This document shows positions 60,691 to 64,000 of a stretch of 64,000 nucleotides of DNA, in pieces. The first letter of the stretch is position 1; each line of letters starts with the position of its first letter. The stretch comes from Octopus sinensis (taxonomy: Eukaryota). The notes under the pieces were generated by a model. It was not told the origin of the DNA, made no database searches, and was given only the letters and a program-made list of their open reading frames with translations. The stretch covers positions 85,312,001 through 85,376,000 of the forward strand of contig NC_043006.1 of the NCBI RefSeq assembly GCF_006345805.1, written 5' to 3'. The translations under genes and the position numbers were made by a program.

Positions 60691-62128
60691 ATATGCATAT
60701 ATATATACATATATATTTACATACATGTATATATATATATATATATGCATATATATACATAAATATTTACATACATATATATATATATGCATATATATAC
60801 ATATATATATACACACATGTATATATATATATATGCATATATATACATACATATATATACACATGTATATATATGCATATATATACATACATACATATAT
60901 ATATATACACACATGTATATATATATATATATGCATATATATACATACACATATATATGTTATATATAAATGGCATTTTCTATCTGTCGATCTGTCTATT
61001 ACCATCTTGCTGCCTACACCAGTGAACCAATCTTAATGAAACTTTGCATGTATACTAAACTAACATCCAGTTCAATTATAGGCTAATTAGATTGCAATAA
61101 AAATCTATAAGGGGCCCCCTAGTGGGGTTGGGCTATTATATCATAAATTGAGAAGGGTGCAAAGAATGTTAGTGCGAGGAAAATGCAGTGGCATAGTGAG
61201 TGTGACTGATATCGGAGAAGGGGAGAACAACGTTGTGTAAGCAACAAATATGGAGTGGCAGTGGAATGATAACATTAACACAGCTGTCATATACATGTGA
61301 TGCTGCATACATACTTTCATAAATACATAGATAGATGCATACACACAAGCACATAAGTAACGTTTAAAATGCTGAAGAAAGGAAAGAAAGGTGGGTGTGA
61401 GGAATACGTAGCTTTAAGGAGAGGGTAGGTGGCTTTTCTGCTGCCCATCGCCAAGAAATGCTCACACACAGACACACACATACATACATACATTAATACA
61501 TGCATGCATACATACGTATGTCTACCAGAGGCCATTTTAAACTCGTGGTTACCCGTACATTTGTAAATGTGTGTGTGTATGTGATGCCCTATAATTGTCT
61601 GTCTCTTTGGCTGTCACATATTGTGAAATTTTAAAATTACGTCAAAATTTTCAAATTTGGTATATTGAAATAATTTTGCACATTAAATGCAATTTTGTTA
61701 TTTATTTATTCCAGAAAGATTGCAGGAAAATGTTAGTGAGGTTTAAAGTTTAATCAATTTTACCTAATCAGAAAACAGGATTTGGAAGCTGGCATTACAA
61801 GGAGGAATTTTTATTAAACAAACGAAAGCAAAGCATTATGACAACCAAAGTTGTAAGAACTGCTAAAATTTTAATAAGTTGTAAGGAATAATCATGTGAA
61901 ACGGTGGAATGGACATGTAAATAATGTAAAAAGAAAAAAGTCATCAACAAAGTTTTTTATGCGAAAAATTGCACAAATCTGTCCTGATCAAGAGGCTTAT
62001 CTGTCGGGGAAGGCATGGTCTGCCATGGAATAAGTAAAAATTTATACAAGATATTCTAGTGTAAAAATTACCTGGCAATGACGAGCTATTCAGCTTGTAC
62101 ATACATACAAGCACACATACATACACAC

Positions 62129-62172
<44 letters not shown>

Positions 62173-63441
62173 TATATATATGTGACCGCGTGTGTATCGT
62201 TGGCGATTTTTTTCCTCTGTCTTCCCTTCCTTCGATCTTTCCTTTTCCTATGTTTCTGACGAAGAGCTCCGCTCAAAACGTTAAAATCCTCCTTCTTTCT
62301 TTCTTTCCTGAGCGTCCAATAACACTATACTTGTTCCACATCCTCGCTTCATTGTGTTTTCATGTTTGGATTAACTATATATATATATACACACACACAC
62401 ATATATATACATACCCACTGTACTGACAGATATACGAGTGCATCTTTTCCCTGACATATGGTCTCTTAGACGACTCACGCACATATATATATATTCTTTT
62501 TTTTCTTTTACTTCTTCCAGCCATGCTGGAGCACCGCCTTTAGTTGTGTGAATTGACCCCCAGTACTTATCCTTTGTAACCTTAGTACTTACGTTATCGG
62601 TGTATTTTGCCAAACAGCTAAGTTACAGGGGCGTAAACACACCAGCATCGGTTGCCAAGCGATTGGGGGGGGGGGGCAAACACACGCACACATATATATA
62701 TATATATTCACGGCAGGCTTCTTTTAGTTTCCGTCCACCAAATCCACTCACCACGCTTTTGGTCAGCCTGAGGCTATTTCTAATATATACTGTTCTACAT
62801 CTTAGAGTGCGCTTCTTTCGGATTTATGTTTTTGACAAACGATATATATATATATATTCACTTTCTATTAATGATAAAGTAGACTTTCATAGTGACCATT
62901 TTAATCATGACTCATTGATGCAACATCGATCCTGTGAAGCAAGTCTTCGATCTGTCTTAACTGAGTGTCTCATACATAATATCGTGGTTGCGTATGCTAT
63001 TCGTTCTAATCAAGAATCTAAAAACATTTTGCTACCACGTATATTAGCTTATAAACAATGCTCTGTATTCTGGAAAAGAAATTGTTTCCTCGAATTTATG
63101 TGGGATTGCCTTTGGTGTGGTTGAAATCATTTTCTATTATAATTCCATTTATATGGTAGATAGATTAATAAGAATATAAATTGATCCATTAATCGACCAG
63201 TGCCTTTTGTTATCGATCCGGAAGAATGGAGGACAAAGTTGCCCTCAGTTAGATTTGAACCAAGAATATAAAGAACTGTAACTATATACTACAAGACACT
63301 AATTTCTGATACTTCACTCATCCAACATAATAATAAAGCGAAAGTACATATTGTCATAATTTTATGTGTGTATATATACTTATATATACAGTATAATGAC
63401 GATTACGCGTATATAATATGTTGACAATCACGTGTGTATAT

Positions 63442-63542
<101 letters not shown>

Positions 63543-63550
63543 TTTATATG

Positions 63551-63621
63551 TGTGTATAAGAGTTATACACTGATGAAAAACCACTAAGTGGTTTTCCATC
63601 AGTGTATGACTCTTATACACA
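63551..63621. repeat. 71-bp palindrome (35-bp arms, 2 mismatches, 1-nt centre)
   Basis: TGTGTATAAGAGTTATACACTGATGAAAAACCACT-A-AGTGGTTTTCCATCAGTGTATGACTCTTATACACA. Confidence 0.9.
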
Positions 63622-64000
63622 TAATATAATAAATATTTGCAGTCTACGGACATTTTACTCACGCTGGCCACTAGTAATAAACAATTAACATTGAATTTTT
63701 ACCCTATAATTTAAAATATACATATATGTATATGATATTTAGTGAGCAACTGCAGAAGGAAAGCTGAGCTTGTCCGCGCCCGTTGTATTTCTTCTGTAAA
63801 TTCCTTTGCTGTGTCCCCCTGCCTCACATTTTTATTACACACCTATAAATACGCACACTGAAATTATCTAAGATTAAAACTTTCAAAAGTTATATCATTA
63901 TTTAAAAAACAAAAACAAACTATTTTCTTCTATGTCACACCCTTTTCCAACGGTCCTTAGTAAACAGTTACTTAAATATCTCATTTTAATATCACAACGC

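Noticed and set aside
56441-61036. Many YIYI/IYIY/HIYT ORFs
   Set aside because: Translations of (TA)n/(CA)n microsatellites.

Overview
AT-rich, repeat-dense animal genomic DNA, most likely an octopus. That assignment is inferred from the tRNA-derived SINEs, the (GAT)n-tailed RTE LINEs and the abundant (TA)n/(CA)n, not from a database search. One host gene was found: TMEM67/meckelin (MKS3) on the minus strand. I reconstructed 18 coding exons by hand with consistent phases (ATG at 45856, last visible exon 579-677, 2622 nt = 874 codons; the gene continues past position 1). Its splicing is unusual: introns 1 and 4 are GC-AG, and intron 10 is a U12-type (minor spliceosome) GT-AG intron with a GTATCCTTT donor and TTCCTTAAT branch site. 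The rest is layered mobile DNA: RTE LINEs, an R4/Dong-like LINE tail, a decayed Penelope-like element (PLE) with inverted pseudo-LTRs, a mariner remnant, a non-autonomous Helitron, TTAA and mariner-type MITEs, and several SINE families. The main unexpected signal is at least six unrelated sequence families of type-I hammerhead-ribozyme folds (10 copies). Four families have helix II extended to 44-100 nt, two use a CCGA core instead of CUGA, and two copies lie on the TMEM67 sense strand inside introns. Also notable are a 746-nt unit that folds as a rod and repeats its terminal hairpin in direct orientation, and several long palindromes. All folds were paired by eye; no activity or novelty search was run.
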